Assembly: GCF_964355755.1 (NCBI RefSeq) | Contig: NC_092680.1 | Span: 12,595,045-12,659,044, forward strand | DNA: 64,000 nt | Direction: 5' to 3' | DNA from: Antedon mediterranea | Lineage: Eukaryota; Animalia; Echinodermata | Shown: in pieces, positions 39,501 through 51,074 of the stretch | How positions within the stretch are numbered: the stretch's first letter is position 1 | How the letters are laid out: each line of letters starts with the position of its first letter | Translations under genes and position numbers: made by a program | The notes under the pieces: generated by a model | What the model was told of the DNA's origin: nothing | What the model saw: only the letters and a program-made list of their open reading frames with translations | The model's database searches: none

Positions 39501-42500
39501 GCTATTGGGTTCTTAATGTAATTACTAAGTAGGCCTAGTATTTATTAATTAATGTCATCAAAACTCGTATTAGTGTAGATTTATTTTACTACTATTGTGA
39601 GAGCCTGTGTGAAAGTAAGCTCGCGGTTTGTAAATGTAAATTGTATTATGTTGTCACGCATCAGTGAGCTGACTTTACCGAATACCGAAGAGAGTCGATT
39701 GAGTCCGAAACGAACCGATGGAGGAACTCTCGTACGGAAAAAAAAATCGCAACCGGCCCACCCACAACAAGAATAAATGGCACATGGTAGTTAAACGCCC
39801 TATGTCTCCTATCTCAAAGACCATTAATCCGGACAAAGCTTGAGCACAAGTGTCAGTACAGAAGATAATTATGTTAGAAAGAAGAACATTTTGTTCAATT
39901 TATGACATTTTTTATATGAAATAATAGTTATTCATTTTGACCAAAAATTGGATCGAAAAAAACATTATTTACGTGAAAGAACTGTAATGTAAAAACATGA
40001 TTTAAACGGAGATGGGCAATGTTGTAATAGTCATTAAATGAATATAGCTAAAATTGCATTCCTTACATATGTTTTTTTTGTTTTAATTTTGAAGCCATTC
40101 ATCTTACTTATGGCAAAACGTTTGCACAAGTTGTCCAACAATTGAAAGGGCCTCATCTCAATCATAAATATTTATAAAATCTACGTTTTCAACGCCAAAT
40201 GTACAATTCAAATAGCATCCACAATAATGAACATTATGATATATTTGAATCTTACCGGTTCCGTTGATAAGGTTGCTAGTTGGAGGGACAAATCTGTAGC
40301 ATAGACCATAATTCGTTATCATTTTTTCAAAGTCATCAGCTGTACATGGTTCTCCATTAAAATAGCATCTAAGTAACACACAACAAAAAGCGATCGTAAA
40401 AAGCGATTCAAAATTGTAACATTTATCTGTGTGTTTGTTTCGATATGCCTCCCTCTTTTAACACATACCAAAATAGTGATAACATTGCATTGACAGAAAA
40501 TACTAGGTAAAGCAAGTCACATGGATGGCTAGTCTGGATAAAAGTGACAAACAAGGGAATTCAAAAGTGTAACTAATACTAGTATTCACTTACACCCTCA
40601 GCATAGAATCGATACGATGTCCGCTTCGTTCAATAAATGTCTTGACGTCACCGCCGCCTGGAAATTCATCTTCGAACTCTAATGGCAATTCGTGACTTTC
40701 TTTTATGAAACTAACTGACGGAAACAGTGTTTTAAGATACAGTAGCCCATACTGGTAATAGTTAAGAAGACCTCCAAAATCTGTCATTACTGACGGTGAT
40801 CTAAAAAGGAATATAATCAACATTAAGGTTTAGAGACGAATATAATCAACATTAAGGTTTAGAGACGAGAGAGGGAGACGATGGATAGCAACGACGGGAG
40901 CAAAGTGAGCCGAGAGGTACCAGAGAAATGGGAACAAAGGGAGGAATGCAAAGTTCAAATTATTAGTGATCAGGATAGTATTGGTTTGCTCCGTTGATAA
41001 AATGTGCAATTAAGAAGAAAATTTAAGTTTTAAGTACGGGTTAAAATATTTTTAAAGTAATTTCATTCATTAAACGTATTCCATTCACACGTATACGATC
41101 TCTAACATTTAACAAAAAATTACCTTGGTACGGACGTTTGAAAAAAGTGTTTTCTTGATACATCTATTTAAAAATGTCGGTAATCTTCACAGGCATGTAA
41201 TATAACATCAATGTAACACCGCGTGCTATATCTGTGCGTAAGCGCACATCTGTCTATTGGTGGAGCTTGCTGTTTCCCATGAGGACGCAGCGTAACAAGA
41301 AGACTTGCATGAAGCACAAGCATTTTAATTCACATGTACCTATACATTTACATTTACATTGTTGTAACATGCAAAACTCTTTCACACGTTACGTCCTAGT
41401 TTACATGGTACGAATTTAATTGTAATGGTAATAATGACAATTATGATAATACCTTAACATGTTTGAGTTGCAAATTACCACATTTGGAAATTCCTGTGGT
41501 CCTCTATACTTCTGCTGAAATTTAGTGTTTGTTTCAAACTCAAAGTACATATTAACAGACGAGTACACTTGATATGTCAGAGTTACAAATGAAACACACA
41601 ACACCACCGTCCACACAAGCCTGTAAAAACACATAATAAACACACAATTGTAAACATACTTAAATAATGGACGTAGTTTGAAAGGATTTTTCACTTCTAA
41701 AGTAGCAAGCTGATTGTCCCCTCTCTCTCCCCTCTCTCCTTCTCACTTTTCTCTCTCTCTCTCTCTCCCTCCCCCTTTTTTCTCTCTCTCTCTCTCTCCC
41801 TCACTCTCCTCTCCTTTTTTCTCTCTCCCCTTTCTCCCTCCCCCCTTTCTCTCTCTATCCCTCACCCCCTCTCCCTTCTCTCTCTCTCTCTCCCCCTCCC
41901 TCTCCCTTCTCTCTCTCCCCTCTCTATCAATATTAGTAAAGTGGGCGATTGAGATTAACCAACATTTTAATTAATAGTTTTATTGCTATTAGGCCTACAC
42001 AAATTAACTGTTAGTAATTTTAATAATTTAGTGTTTTAGCTAATGCAATTGAATGTATTTTGAGACTTTGTACTTAACTTTTTAAATCTACTTGTTTCTG
42101 ATTGTTTCATAATTCTTTCATGTTCATAATAATTTAACTTTTATAAATGTGTTTTTATTTTTGTTTCGACTGGAGAAATCGAAATCAAACATTGCTTGGC
42201 CTGCCTCACCAAGTGTATATATAATTAAGAATACGCATGCACAGAAACCAACGCTTTCTATTCACCGTAGCGAGAAGATGTGTGGGTGGTATATGAATAA
42301 TATGCTGCGTAATAAAGTTTAATTAGTGTAAAATGAGATGGCAATCAATGCTGATAAACCTCATATTGGTGGTTATAAAATGAACGAACAACATTGATTT
42401 ACTGTTAAATATGATGCATATTTGCGTATAGTCCTAAGTACAAAACAGTTTAAATAAATAAGTAAATGTTAGCTATGTTTGTTCAGTATGGACGTTTGCT

Positions 42501-45500
42501 CAAAATAAATGAAATATGTATGATGAGTAAAGAGTTGATTTATTAGGAAAACAAAAGTTATGACAGGTATTAGTCTTTCAATAAAGGAAGTTTTACGTCT
42601 CACTTTCAACAGCCTAGCCCTAGTGATAGAGATGTTGTGAGAGCACAGAAAACATCGTAATGGGGACAATTAATTCGTTCCCTCCCCGAGTTATTGTATT
42701 TTGCAATATTGTACTGCTTTCGCAGGCTCTTCAGCTTTGAGTTTACTTGCTTTGGAGACAAGTCTGTTCCATACTCCTGCTTTATTTTTTTAGAAATGTC
42801 TTTATAAATGTGGTTGTCCCTTTTATTACCTTTTAGTTGGCCAGACATTTTAGCTTCCCCACACAAATTTATTTAGTAAAACTGTGACGTCTTCGCTCCA
42901 CATTTTCGCCGAATATATATATACACGTGTGTAAAAGAGCTGACAGCGACAGAAAATAAAAACACGAATGTTGACCTTTTGTCATGTAAAAAAAAAATAC
43001 GGTATTTTTTATTGGCAGCAGAAATGGGTACAAAAAATACGGTATAAATTTGTAAATACCGTATTTTATCCACAAATTTTGTGGGGAAAATACGGTATAC
43101 AAAATACGGTATATTTTTTATGAGCGCAGTTTCTGCTGCCAAAAATATACCGTATATATACGGTATTCAAAAAATACCGTATAATATACGGTATTTAGTT
43201 GGCAGCAGAAACAGGGCCTTAGACATTTATTCCAACCGCGATAAATCGAGAACTTGTTACGTGCAGACACCTGAAAAAGACACACGTATGCAAACAAAAT
43301 AAGCAATGGTGACAAAATAAATAAATAAATGCAGCTTGCAATTGCAATAATTAATAAGGTAGAAAATGTTTTCTTTTTATATTTAGCTAATTGCAAGAAG
43401 TAAAGAGATGTACTGTATATTGTTGGTGTTTTACCAAGTTAATTCCATAATTTTGGCCAAAACAAAAGATATGAAATATTCAGAAAAATAAAAGGCGCCA
43501 AAAAAAATGGTAGTTAAAGATGAATTTACATTTATGAAGAATGCGTATTATAATCATGGTAACATTTCGACAGAGGCATAGGTGAATCAGTAAACAAGGT
43601 GTGGCCAAACTATCTACTGTATATGTTTGAAGCTCTGTCTATCAAACTACATGCGATGTGGCCAAATATCGTAGTGACATTCCCAAATATGGTAGTGATA
43701 TGACATCATCATGTCAAAGGGCACATCACATTTTTTTGTCACATAAAGTTTGATAGTGTAGACAAAGCTGAAGATATTTCTTCAATAACTACGGTACAGA
43801 TTTCGATTTTGTAAACATGGTTCAGGAAATGATATCGTCGTAGCAAATTAAAATTCAATTTGCTGTCACCACAAGAATGACACATTTCCATCAATCATAA
43901 ACTCATTTATGCAACTGGTGGAGAGGCTATTGATTTCTTCTTTACTCTTGTATACGAACATTGAATTCATTACCGGTACTGTTTGTTGAATAGGCACTTA
44001 CCGCAAGTTTCTAATTTCTTTCTAATGTTTTAATGACGGATCGAGTATATACTTGATATATATTTATATAATGATTTATGAAAAAAAAATTCAAAGAAAG
44101 GATTTTATTGGCCGAGTTGACTTGAGGCCGACTTTACTTGGAACCAATTTGCCTTTTGGCCGACTTGACTTGGGGCCGACATGACCTGGGGCCGATTTTT
44201 TTATTTATTTATTTTCAATCTTTCTACATAACACAAAAAAACAAATAAGTATAACAGGGGAGTAGCGGAAAAGCAAAAGTAATAAAACTGTCATCTTGAT
44301 GTGCTTGACCAGCCCCTGAAAGACGATTTTAAATGTACGTACCACATGACTATAAAACATTGTCGTTTACAGAAACAAACAAATAGACACAATGATTTAT
44401 GTAGTCAACCAAAATTAGCACCCTGCGAATTACTTCCAAAACAGAAACTTGTCACAACATGAGTCCAAATGTTTGATTTGGACTCATTTAAACAAACCCA
44501 ATTTGTGTTTTGTATCTAACATTAGGGTTGAGGGTTGGGGTTGAGGATAGATACAAAGAGGAACAACTTTTTATATATTCTTTATATTAAATTATTCTTT
44601 ATATGTCTTTATTATCCACTAAGTAACTAGAGTAAAATATTTAAGGAATTAATAACTGTTAAAATTGTCACTGTCATAGTCGATTGAAATAGTAAAGTAC
44701 ATGTAACGATACACCACTACGACGTTTATATTTTTTAAATTATTAATTAATACAAACGTTGAGAAGCAACTATCAGTAATAAAGTATTATATTATTATGT
44801 GTTTATAATCTAAAAGTAGGGGCTACCCACACTCACAGTAATTGGGGAAAACTAATTAATTAACTAATTATCAAACTCAATTTAATTAGTAAACAGGGTT
44901 ACATCAGGTGGTTAAAATCAGTACCGAAAGTACGAACCAACTTGATATACCATCGAGTAAACATTCTAGAACGCGCGATTTACCGAATTTTGCCCTTATT
45001 TATAATATATAATTACATAAAAAAATATGCTATAATACAATGATTTGACTTTGTCCGAGACGGTTTAGGGCCAACGATAGGGTATAATTATAATAAAAAT
45101 GATATAACTAAAATAGAAGTACAGTATCTGAGTGTTTCTCATAAAAGACGAAAAATAAACGTTCAGATATTCCCACTGGTTTTACTCTCTTTCAGATATT
45201 CCCACTGGTTTTACTCTCTTTCAGATATTCCCACTGGTTTTACTCTCTTTCAGATATTCCCACTGATTTTACTCTCTTTCAGATATTCACACTGGTTTAA
45301 CTCTCTTTCAGATATTCCCACTGGTTTTACTCTCTTTCAGATATTCACACTGGTTTTACTCTCTTTCAGATATTTCCACTGGTTTTACTCTCTTTCAGAT
45401 ATTCCCACTGGTTTTACTCTCTTTCAGATATTCACACTGATTTTACTCTCTTTCAGATATTCCCACTGGTTTTACTCTCTTTCAGATATTCCCACTGGTT

Positions 45501-48500
45501 TTACTCTCTTTCAGATATTCCCACTGGTTTTACTCTCTTTCAGATATTCCCACTGGTTTTACTCTCTTTCAGATATTCACACTGGTTTTACTCTCTTTCA
45601 GATATTTCCACTGGTTTTACTCTCTTTCAGATATTCCCACTGGTTTTACTCTCTTTCAGATATTCCCACTGGTTTTACTCTCTTTCAGATATTCACACTG
45701 ATTTCTACTCTCTTTCAGATATGCCCACTGGTTTTACTCTCTTTCAGATATCCCCATTGGCTTTACTCTCTTTCAGATATCCCCATTGGTTTTACTCTCT
45801 TTCAGATATTCACACTGGTTTTACTCTCTTTCAGATATTCCCACTGGTTTTACTATCTTTCAGATATTCCCACTGGTATTACTCTCTTTCAGATATTCCC
45901 ACTGGTTTTACTTTCTTTCAGATATTCCCACTGGTTTTACTCTCTTTCAGATATTCCCACTGGTTTTACTCTCTTTCAGATATTCTCACTGATTTTACTC
46001 TCTTTCAGATATTCCCACTGATTTTACTCTCTTTCAGATATTCCCACTGATTTTACTCTCTTTCAGATATTCCCACTGGTTTTACTCTCTTTCAGATATT
46101 CCCACTGGTTTTACTCTCTTTCAGATATTCACACTGGTTTTACTCTCTTTCAGATATTCTCACTGATTTTACTCTCTTTCAGATATTCCCAATGATTTTA
46201 CTCTCTTTCAGATATTCCCACTGATTTTACTCTCTTTCGATCTTAGAATCTTGCCAAATTATTTTTACGGGTCACAGCAGTATGTAAATTCTGTTATGGT
46301 TGTTTAGTCTTTTCTATGTAAACAATTTGTAAGATTTATTTTGCTTATGTTATTGTAACATTGTATAGTTTTTGCTTGTCTACATTGTATGTTGATGGTT
46401 TCACGCTTGTATCACCAATTTATCATTAAACTGTTAAACTGAATCACGTTAAATCAACATTATTTACGTTGGTTTGGATGCATATACTTGTAATAACTTT
46501 TTGAGTAATCCTGCTAACAAACAAATGAAAGCACTCAGAAACTGAGTGAAGTACGGTAACTGAGTGAAGTACTTGGCAAAATATATCCATTGATTGGGAG
46601 CATGTTGAAAGATACATTTTTTGTCTTTATGTATTAGCTTTACATGTTAAAATCCTGCTGGGGTTAATAATTTGTTTAAATAATTTTTTGATACAAACAA
46701 TTCTGGCATTGCAACAATGACCTTTCTAAAATCAAGATTGACCAGGAGTTGAGGAGTGTCTTGAAGCTGCTGCCGATTTTCGGCGCCCCTGCCTTCACCC
46801 ATGGAGTAAGCTTAATAAACGCTCCACCAGTCAACTATATCATTTTTGTTATTTGTGAATAAACCAATATTGTTGATTTTCAATATGCATGATCTGAAAG
46901 TATATACCTATCTACACCTACGCTATCGTGCTAACAAACAAATGAAAGCACTCAGAAACTGAGTGAAGTACTTGGCAAAATATATCCACTGATTGAGCGC
47001 ATGTTGAAAGATACATTTTTTGTCTTTATGTATTAGCTTTACATGTTAAAATCCTGCTGGGGTTAATAATTTTGTTTAAATAATTTTTTAATACAAACAA
47101 TCCCGGCATTGCAAAAAAATGACCTTTCTAAAATCAAGATTGACCAGAATAATGGTCGAGGAGTGTCTTGAAGCTGTGCCGATTTACGGTGCTCCCTGCC
47201 AGTCGACTAATATGTTGGTCCATGTCAAAGAATATGTTCATGTTAAAAGAATACAGAGTGTGCTATTTAATATATCGATGGAAGATAAGCTTTTGTGGCA
47301 TGACCAATATATCAATTTTCCTTAAAATCAATAGGCATGTTCTGACAGTAAGTATATACCTATGCACAGAATGAACTTTAAAAAAATGACTAAAAAAGTA
47401 TATACCTATCTACACCCAACATTCAGAACGATAACTTAAAAACTGTAGGCGCTATCGTGCTAACAAACAAACAAACAAACAAACATACAAACATACATAC
47501 ATACATACAAACAAAGTGAATACTATACTTGGCAAAATTCTTTTTGCCAAGTAACAAACATACATACAAACAAACATACATACATACAAACAAGTAAATA
47601 CTATACTTGGCAAAATTCTTTTTGCCAAGTAACAAACAAACACACGCTACCGATTATTATACATCCTTGGCGGAGGTAAATAAACACACGCTACCGATTA
47701 TATATACCTCCTTGGCGGAGGTAAATAAACACACGCTACCGATTATATATACCTCCTTGGCGGAGGTAAATAAACACACGCTACCGATTATATATACCTC
47801 CTTGGCGGAGGTAAATAAACACACGCTACCGATTATATATACCTCCTTGGCGGAGGTAAATAAACACACGCTACCGATTATATATACCTCCTTGGCGGAG
47901 GTAAATAAACACACGCTACCGATTATATGTACCTCCTTGGCGGAGGTAAATAAACACACGCTACCGATTATATATACCTCCTTCCTTGGCGGAGGTAAAT
48001 AAACACACGCTACCGATTATATATACCTCCTTGGCGGAGGTAAATAAACACACGCTACCGATTATATATACCTCCTTGGCGGAGGTAAATAAACACACGC
48101 TACCGATTATATATACCTCCTTGGCGGAGGTAAATAAACACACGCTACCGATTATATATACCTCCTTGGCGGAGGTAAATAAACACACGCTACCGATTAT
48201 ATATACCTCCTTGGCGAAGGTAAATAAACACACGCTACCGATTATATATACCTCCTTGGCGGAGGTAAATAAACACACGCTACCGATCATATATACCTCC
48301 TTGGCGGAGGTATATAAACACACGCTACCGATTATATATACCTCCTTGGCGGAGGTAAATAAACACACGCTATCGATTATATATACCTCCTTGGCGGAGG
48401 TAAATAAACACACGCTACCGATTATATATACCTCCTTGGCGGAGGTAAATAAACACACGCTACCGATTATATATACCTCCTTGGCGGAGGTATATAAACA

Positions 48501-51074
48501 CACGCTACCGATTATATATACCTCCTTGGCGGAGGTATATAAACACACGCTACCGATTATATATACCTCCTTGGCGGAGGTAAATAAACACACGCTACCG
48601 ATTATATATACCTCCTTGGCGGAGGTATATAAACACACGCTACCGATTATATATACCTCCTTGGCGGAGGTAAATAAACACACGCTACCGATTATATATA
48701 CCTCCTTGGCGGAGGTAAATAAACACACGCTACCGATTATATATACCTCCTTGGCGGAGGTATATAAACACACGCTACCGATTATATATACCTCCTTGGC
48801 GGAGGTAAATAAACACACGCTACCGATTATATATACGCCGTGGTTAGGATTCCGGCACCGGAACTCAACTGCCCACCGTTAGGGAATCCGACACGCTATT
48901 GCGCATGCCCAGAGCTCTGGGAAGTGAATTATAGCTTGCACCAAAGAATATATATCACAAGAATGAGTATTCCGCGATTTTTGCATGAGAAATTTGTAAC
49001 AGAGAGCTCCAGTGAGTGATGCCCGCCCTCATAAGGGCGGATGTATACATACTAAATAAGACTTGATTTAATAGATATTATACATGTCACATTAAATAGA
49101 ATTATGATAATAGTTTTTGCAATTGTAAACTATTTTATAATACATATTTATTAACAAACTAGTGTACATTCACTTTTACAGACAATTATTTACTAACATG
49201 CTAAGTTAGTTCACAAAAAAGGCCTAACACAGCAACACCAAAAATCAATGAATCGTTACTCAGCACGGCCTATTCTTTACCATTGCCGTGTACTACTCTA
49301 CGCCCGGTAAATTAAGTATTGTTTTTATGATATAAATTAGTATAAAATACATGTTATTAATAGGACAAAATGTTAAATGTCATTAACATTTATTTGTTTT
49401 ACCAGAAACAGTTAAATATAGGAATATTATTAAACTATCCTTCGTGAAAACCCGTAAACACCAACACGCCCGGTCACGCTATCGTAGCGCCCGGTTGATA
49501 AAGCAAACTGTTTATACGGCAGTTTTTACTAAATAAATTGCATAAAACGAACAATTAAATATCCAAATAGTATTTAACATGATGTTGGCATGTAGTTGAT
49601 AACATTTTTTATCATGAAAATACTACCGGTGGTCTAGCCTTTGATGATTGAAACCGTCACAAAAAGTTGTATACATCCCAGATACATCCACACTTATGGC
49701 GGCGCCCTACCACATGGACAATATTACTGTTACAGGGAAAATCGCGGATTACTCATTCTTGTGATATATTCTTTGCTTGCACTAAATAGTGCCACACCAC
49801 GGAGAGTCGGAGTGTTATAGGGATTTACTGTAGCCTAGATAGTCGTTGCGCGAGCGAGAGAGCGATGGATGAAACTTCATGGCCTATGCCATACATGAAT
49901 TAATAATTAAAATACGACTAATTATATATTATAATATTTATAATGATATTAATAAGTATCAGTATCTATCTAAGATTTAAGAATCGTAATGCTGTTTTTA
50001 GCGTTGCGACCCTGACTTCCCGAACAGTTTTTTCACATCCACGCGGTGGCTGCCGTGTCAACAAATCAACTTGTGATTGCATGTTGTTTATGTACAGCAA
50101 AGAACTTAAGTTCTTTGTGTACAGTATAATGCGTTATGAAAAATCATAAAACTAGTCATGTAATTATATAATTCATAATGATATGAAGTTTATATATGAA
50201 TGAAGCAACCACTTTTTAATTACAAAATAAATACTATAGGCCCACTGGTCACGTCTAACTGGTAGCCCTAGCCTAGATTAGTGGATCCCATCAGTAGGCA
50301 TCTAGGCTAGTTCGCCGTGTGTTGTGGCACAGCTCATGAAACGATCCATCGCTGTTATTGATAAGTATAGAGTCGCCGATTACCTCGCTCTGCGCATGCG
50401 CAATATCGTGTCGGATTCCCTAACGCTGGGCAGTTGAGTTCCGGTGCCGGAATCCTAACCACGGCGTTATATATACCTCCTTGGCGGAGGTATATAAACA
50501 CACGCTACCGATTATATATACCTCCTTGGCGGAGGTAAATAAACACACGCTACCGATTATATATACCTCCTTGGCGGAGGTAAATAAAAGAGCAACAGCG
50601 CTTTACTCAATTAAAAAGAATAAAGGAATACAATTTAACAATTTACTAGCAAAAAAAATAAAAAAATACACACGAATAAAAACATTTGTGTAAATAAAAT
50701 GAAATGCTTACTCGTGTCCACTTGTTAGGTCCACTATTATAATCATTCCACCAAGGATAGAATACCAGTTAGGGACTATTATTATTCTATTCCTATTACC
50801 ATTATAGCTTCTTTTCTTAAAATATCGTTTAATATAACGTTTCAAATATTGTATTATTTTATCAGAAAAAAATGAAGAAAAAAAATAAAAATATAAAAAT
50901 AGCATGTTACTTGAGTAAAGAATTTACAAAAAATGCTCACCTTCGGGTCCACCTGTTACCATTAGTGATGTTTCTTATTCCGTGAATAGATGTATTTTCT
51001 CCAAATATTTGCAATCGGTCATTTGGAGGAAAAATCTCGTCTTGTTCAATCTTGTTTTCAGGTTTAACCTTCAT
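27427..51074 (-). CDS. DEG/ENaC (ASIC/BASIC-like) amiloride-sensitive cation channel paralog B, 11 exons, 2106-nt CDS, 701 aa, apparently intact
   Basis: Exons 50941-51074, 41453-41620, 40594-40800, 40256-40368, 38029-38210, 37399-37558, 37025-37084, 35305-35476, 29916-30605, 29635-29726, 27427-27554. All GT-AG with compatible phases. Motifs: NTSIHG, TM1, FPNVVICN, TNYGLCYRF, Cys-rich thumb, CDFGGALGLFFGAS (TM2 and GAS filter). Confidence 0.9.
27660..29183. mobile_element. PIF/Harbinger-like non-autonomous element, TAA TSD; contains a tRNA-SINE head at ~28703-28780
   Basis: taa|aggcccattcacactaggacgata ... tatcgtcctagtgtgaatgggcct|taa. A/B-box-like tggctcggtgg and gaattcgagtc inside. Confidence 0.75.
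29635..29726 (-). CDS. Channel B exon 10
   Basis: DNFARVQIYFETLKVEELIDQPKYKLFSLI; 92 nt as in copies A and C. Confidence 0.92.
29916..30605 (-). CDS. Channel B exon 9 (229-codon ectodomain insertion)
   Basis: Acceptor ttttag|G at 30605, open frame to EFIR|gtaaaa. A second in-frame acceptor exists at 30515. Homologous to 53274-53842 and 5900-6415. Confidence 0.8.
30655..31145. repeat. 18-bp minisatellite, about 27 copies; stray units at ~31625-31663 and ~35254-35280
   Basis: Unit atcatattgattactgat. It explains the ITDIIL / MISVIN / SNQYDI ORFs. Confidence 0.95.
31953..34828. mobile_element. Kolobok-like non-autonomous element (TTAA TSD) hosting the L2 LINE
   Basis: ttaa|aatggacctgaaatggaatttcgatttt ... 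aaaatcgaaaatccatttcaggtccatt|ttaa. Confidence 0.7.
32420..34190 (-). mobile_element. 5'-truncated L2/CR1-group LINE with an uninterrupted reverse transcriptase frame (ORF 32497-34188)
   Basis: NYRPVSNL, LLDLSAAFDTVDH, GVPQGSVIGP, YADDTQIY, HITPVLMDLHWLP, WNSLP; short 3' UTR with an (ATT)n-like tail. Confidence 0.95.
35305..35476 (-). CDS. Channel B exon 8
   Basis: MRNNICDCPEECIQEVYKTSMSFSAYPS...ALGCSIR; 172 nt as in copy A. Confidence 0.9.
35627..36875 (+). mobile_element. Non-autonomous Helitron-like element, copy 2
   Basis: a|TCtatatataaattttacgtgagggcaaaattcg ... gggcaggacCTAG|t; inserted between A and T with no TSD. Confidence 0.78.
37025..37084 (-). CDS. Channel B exon 7
   Basis: QNTPFCSPKQISECYLHSY; 60 nt in all three copies. 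Confidence 0.9.
37399..37558 (-). CDS. Channel B exon 6 (thumb cysteines)
   Basis: VVNLPKPYGECIEE...KCLMECESEFMVQNCSCRNYYLPG; donor shifted 3 nt relative to copy A. Confidence 0.88.
37617..37782. mobile_element. Short palindromic MITE with TTAA flanks
   Basis: gacaacttt...accatattttgacaacgtatta mirrored by taatacgttgtcaaaatatggt...aaagttgtc. Confidence 0.65.
38029..38210 (-). CDS. Channel B exon 5
   Basis: GTTYGLSLILNVEKYDFYSAPRENIGFRISV...GIDVSTGTQTQITIRKSK; 182 nt in all copies. Confidence 0.92.
38523..39750. mobile_element. MULE/Mutator-like MITE, ~100-bp TIRs, 9-bp TSD
   Basis: aaccggccc|gcgattttttttccgtacgagagttcctccatcgg ... ccgatggaggaactctcgtacggaaaaaaaatcgc|aaccggccc. Confidence 0.88.
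40256..40368 (-). CDS. Channel B exon 4
   Basis: CYFNGEPCTADDFEKMITNYGLCYRFVPPTSNLINGT; 113 nt. Confidence 0.92.
40594..40800 (-). CDS. Channel B exon 3 (finger region)
   Basis: SPSVMTDFGGLL...FIERSGHRIDSMLRV; 207 nt as in copy A. Confidence 0.9.
41453..41620 (-). CDS. Channel B exon 2 (TM1)
   Basis: LVWTVVLCVSFVTLTYQV...FPNVVICNSNMLR; 168 nt. Confidence 0.92.
41716..41926. repeat. CT/pyrimidine-rich microsatellite
   Basis: Near-pure C/T tract of about 210 bp. Confidence 0.95.
42606..43218 (-). mobile_element. PIF/Harbinger remnant: frameshifted Myb/SANT-like (trihelix) ORF plus palindromic terminus
   Basis: ATG at 42903, MWSEDVTVLL, frameshift, then LKGNKRDNHIYKDISKKI...QVNSKLKSLRKQY...SGRERINCPHYD. 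End cagaaacagggcc|tta with ataccgtat/atacggtat subterminal repeats. Confidence 0.7.
44355..45000 (-). mobile_element. Helitron-like element copy 3, internally deleted, reverse orientation
   Basis: Reverse complement of segments of 35627-36875, for example gagtccaaatgtttgatttggactcatttaaacaaaccc and taccgaattttgccct. Confidence 0.78.
45162..46238. repeat. 29-bp minisatellite, about 37 copies
   Basis: Unit ttcagatattcccactggttttactctct. Confidence 0.96.
46490..47640 (-). mobile_element. Tandem, partly duplicated Helentron/HINE-like non-autonomous elements
   Basis: tgctaacaaacaaa at ~46512, ~46930 and ~47458; aaagcactcaga end motif; (acaa/acat)n microsatellite, leading into the acctccttggcggaggt terminal hairpin. 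Confidence 0.6.
47635..48835. repeat. 45-bp minisatellite, about 26 copies, resuming at 50467-50588
   Basis: Unit gtaaataaacacacgctaccgattatatatacctccttggcggag with an internal hairpin acctcc-ttggc-ggaggt. Confidence 0.96.
48836..50466. mobile_element. MULE-like MITE inserted in the 45-bp array
   Basis: ~70-bp TIRs cgccgtggttaggattccggcaccggaactcaactgccca; 9-bp TSD ttatatata (48827-48835, 50467-50475). Confidence 0.82.
48942..49775. mobile_element. P-element-like MITE nested in the MULE-like element
   Basis: cttgcac|caaagaatata..tcacaagaatgagta.tccgcgatttt ... aaaatcgcggattactcattcttgtgatatattctttg|cttgcac; 7-bp TSD, CA..TG ends. Confidence 0.8.
50941..51074 (-). CDS. Channel B exon 1 (HG gating motif)
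   Basis: MKVKPENKIEQDEIFPPNDRLQIFGENTSIHGIRNITNGNRWTR; donor AG|gtgagc. Confidence 0.9.

Noticed and set aside
47635-48835. CRISPR-like appearance of a regular hairpin-containing repeat
   Set aside because: Units are contiguous with no unique spacers, there are no cas genes, and the context is a eukaryotic intron.
47607-48882. 285-298-aa repeat ORFs
   Set aside because: Artefact of a 45-bp unit lacking stop codons in two frames.
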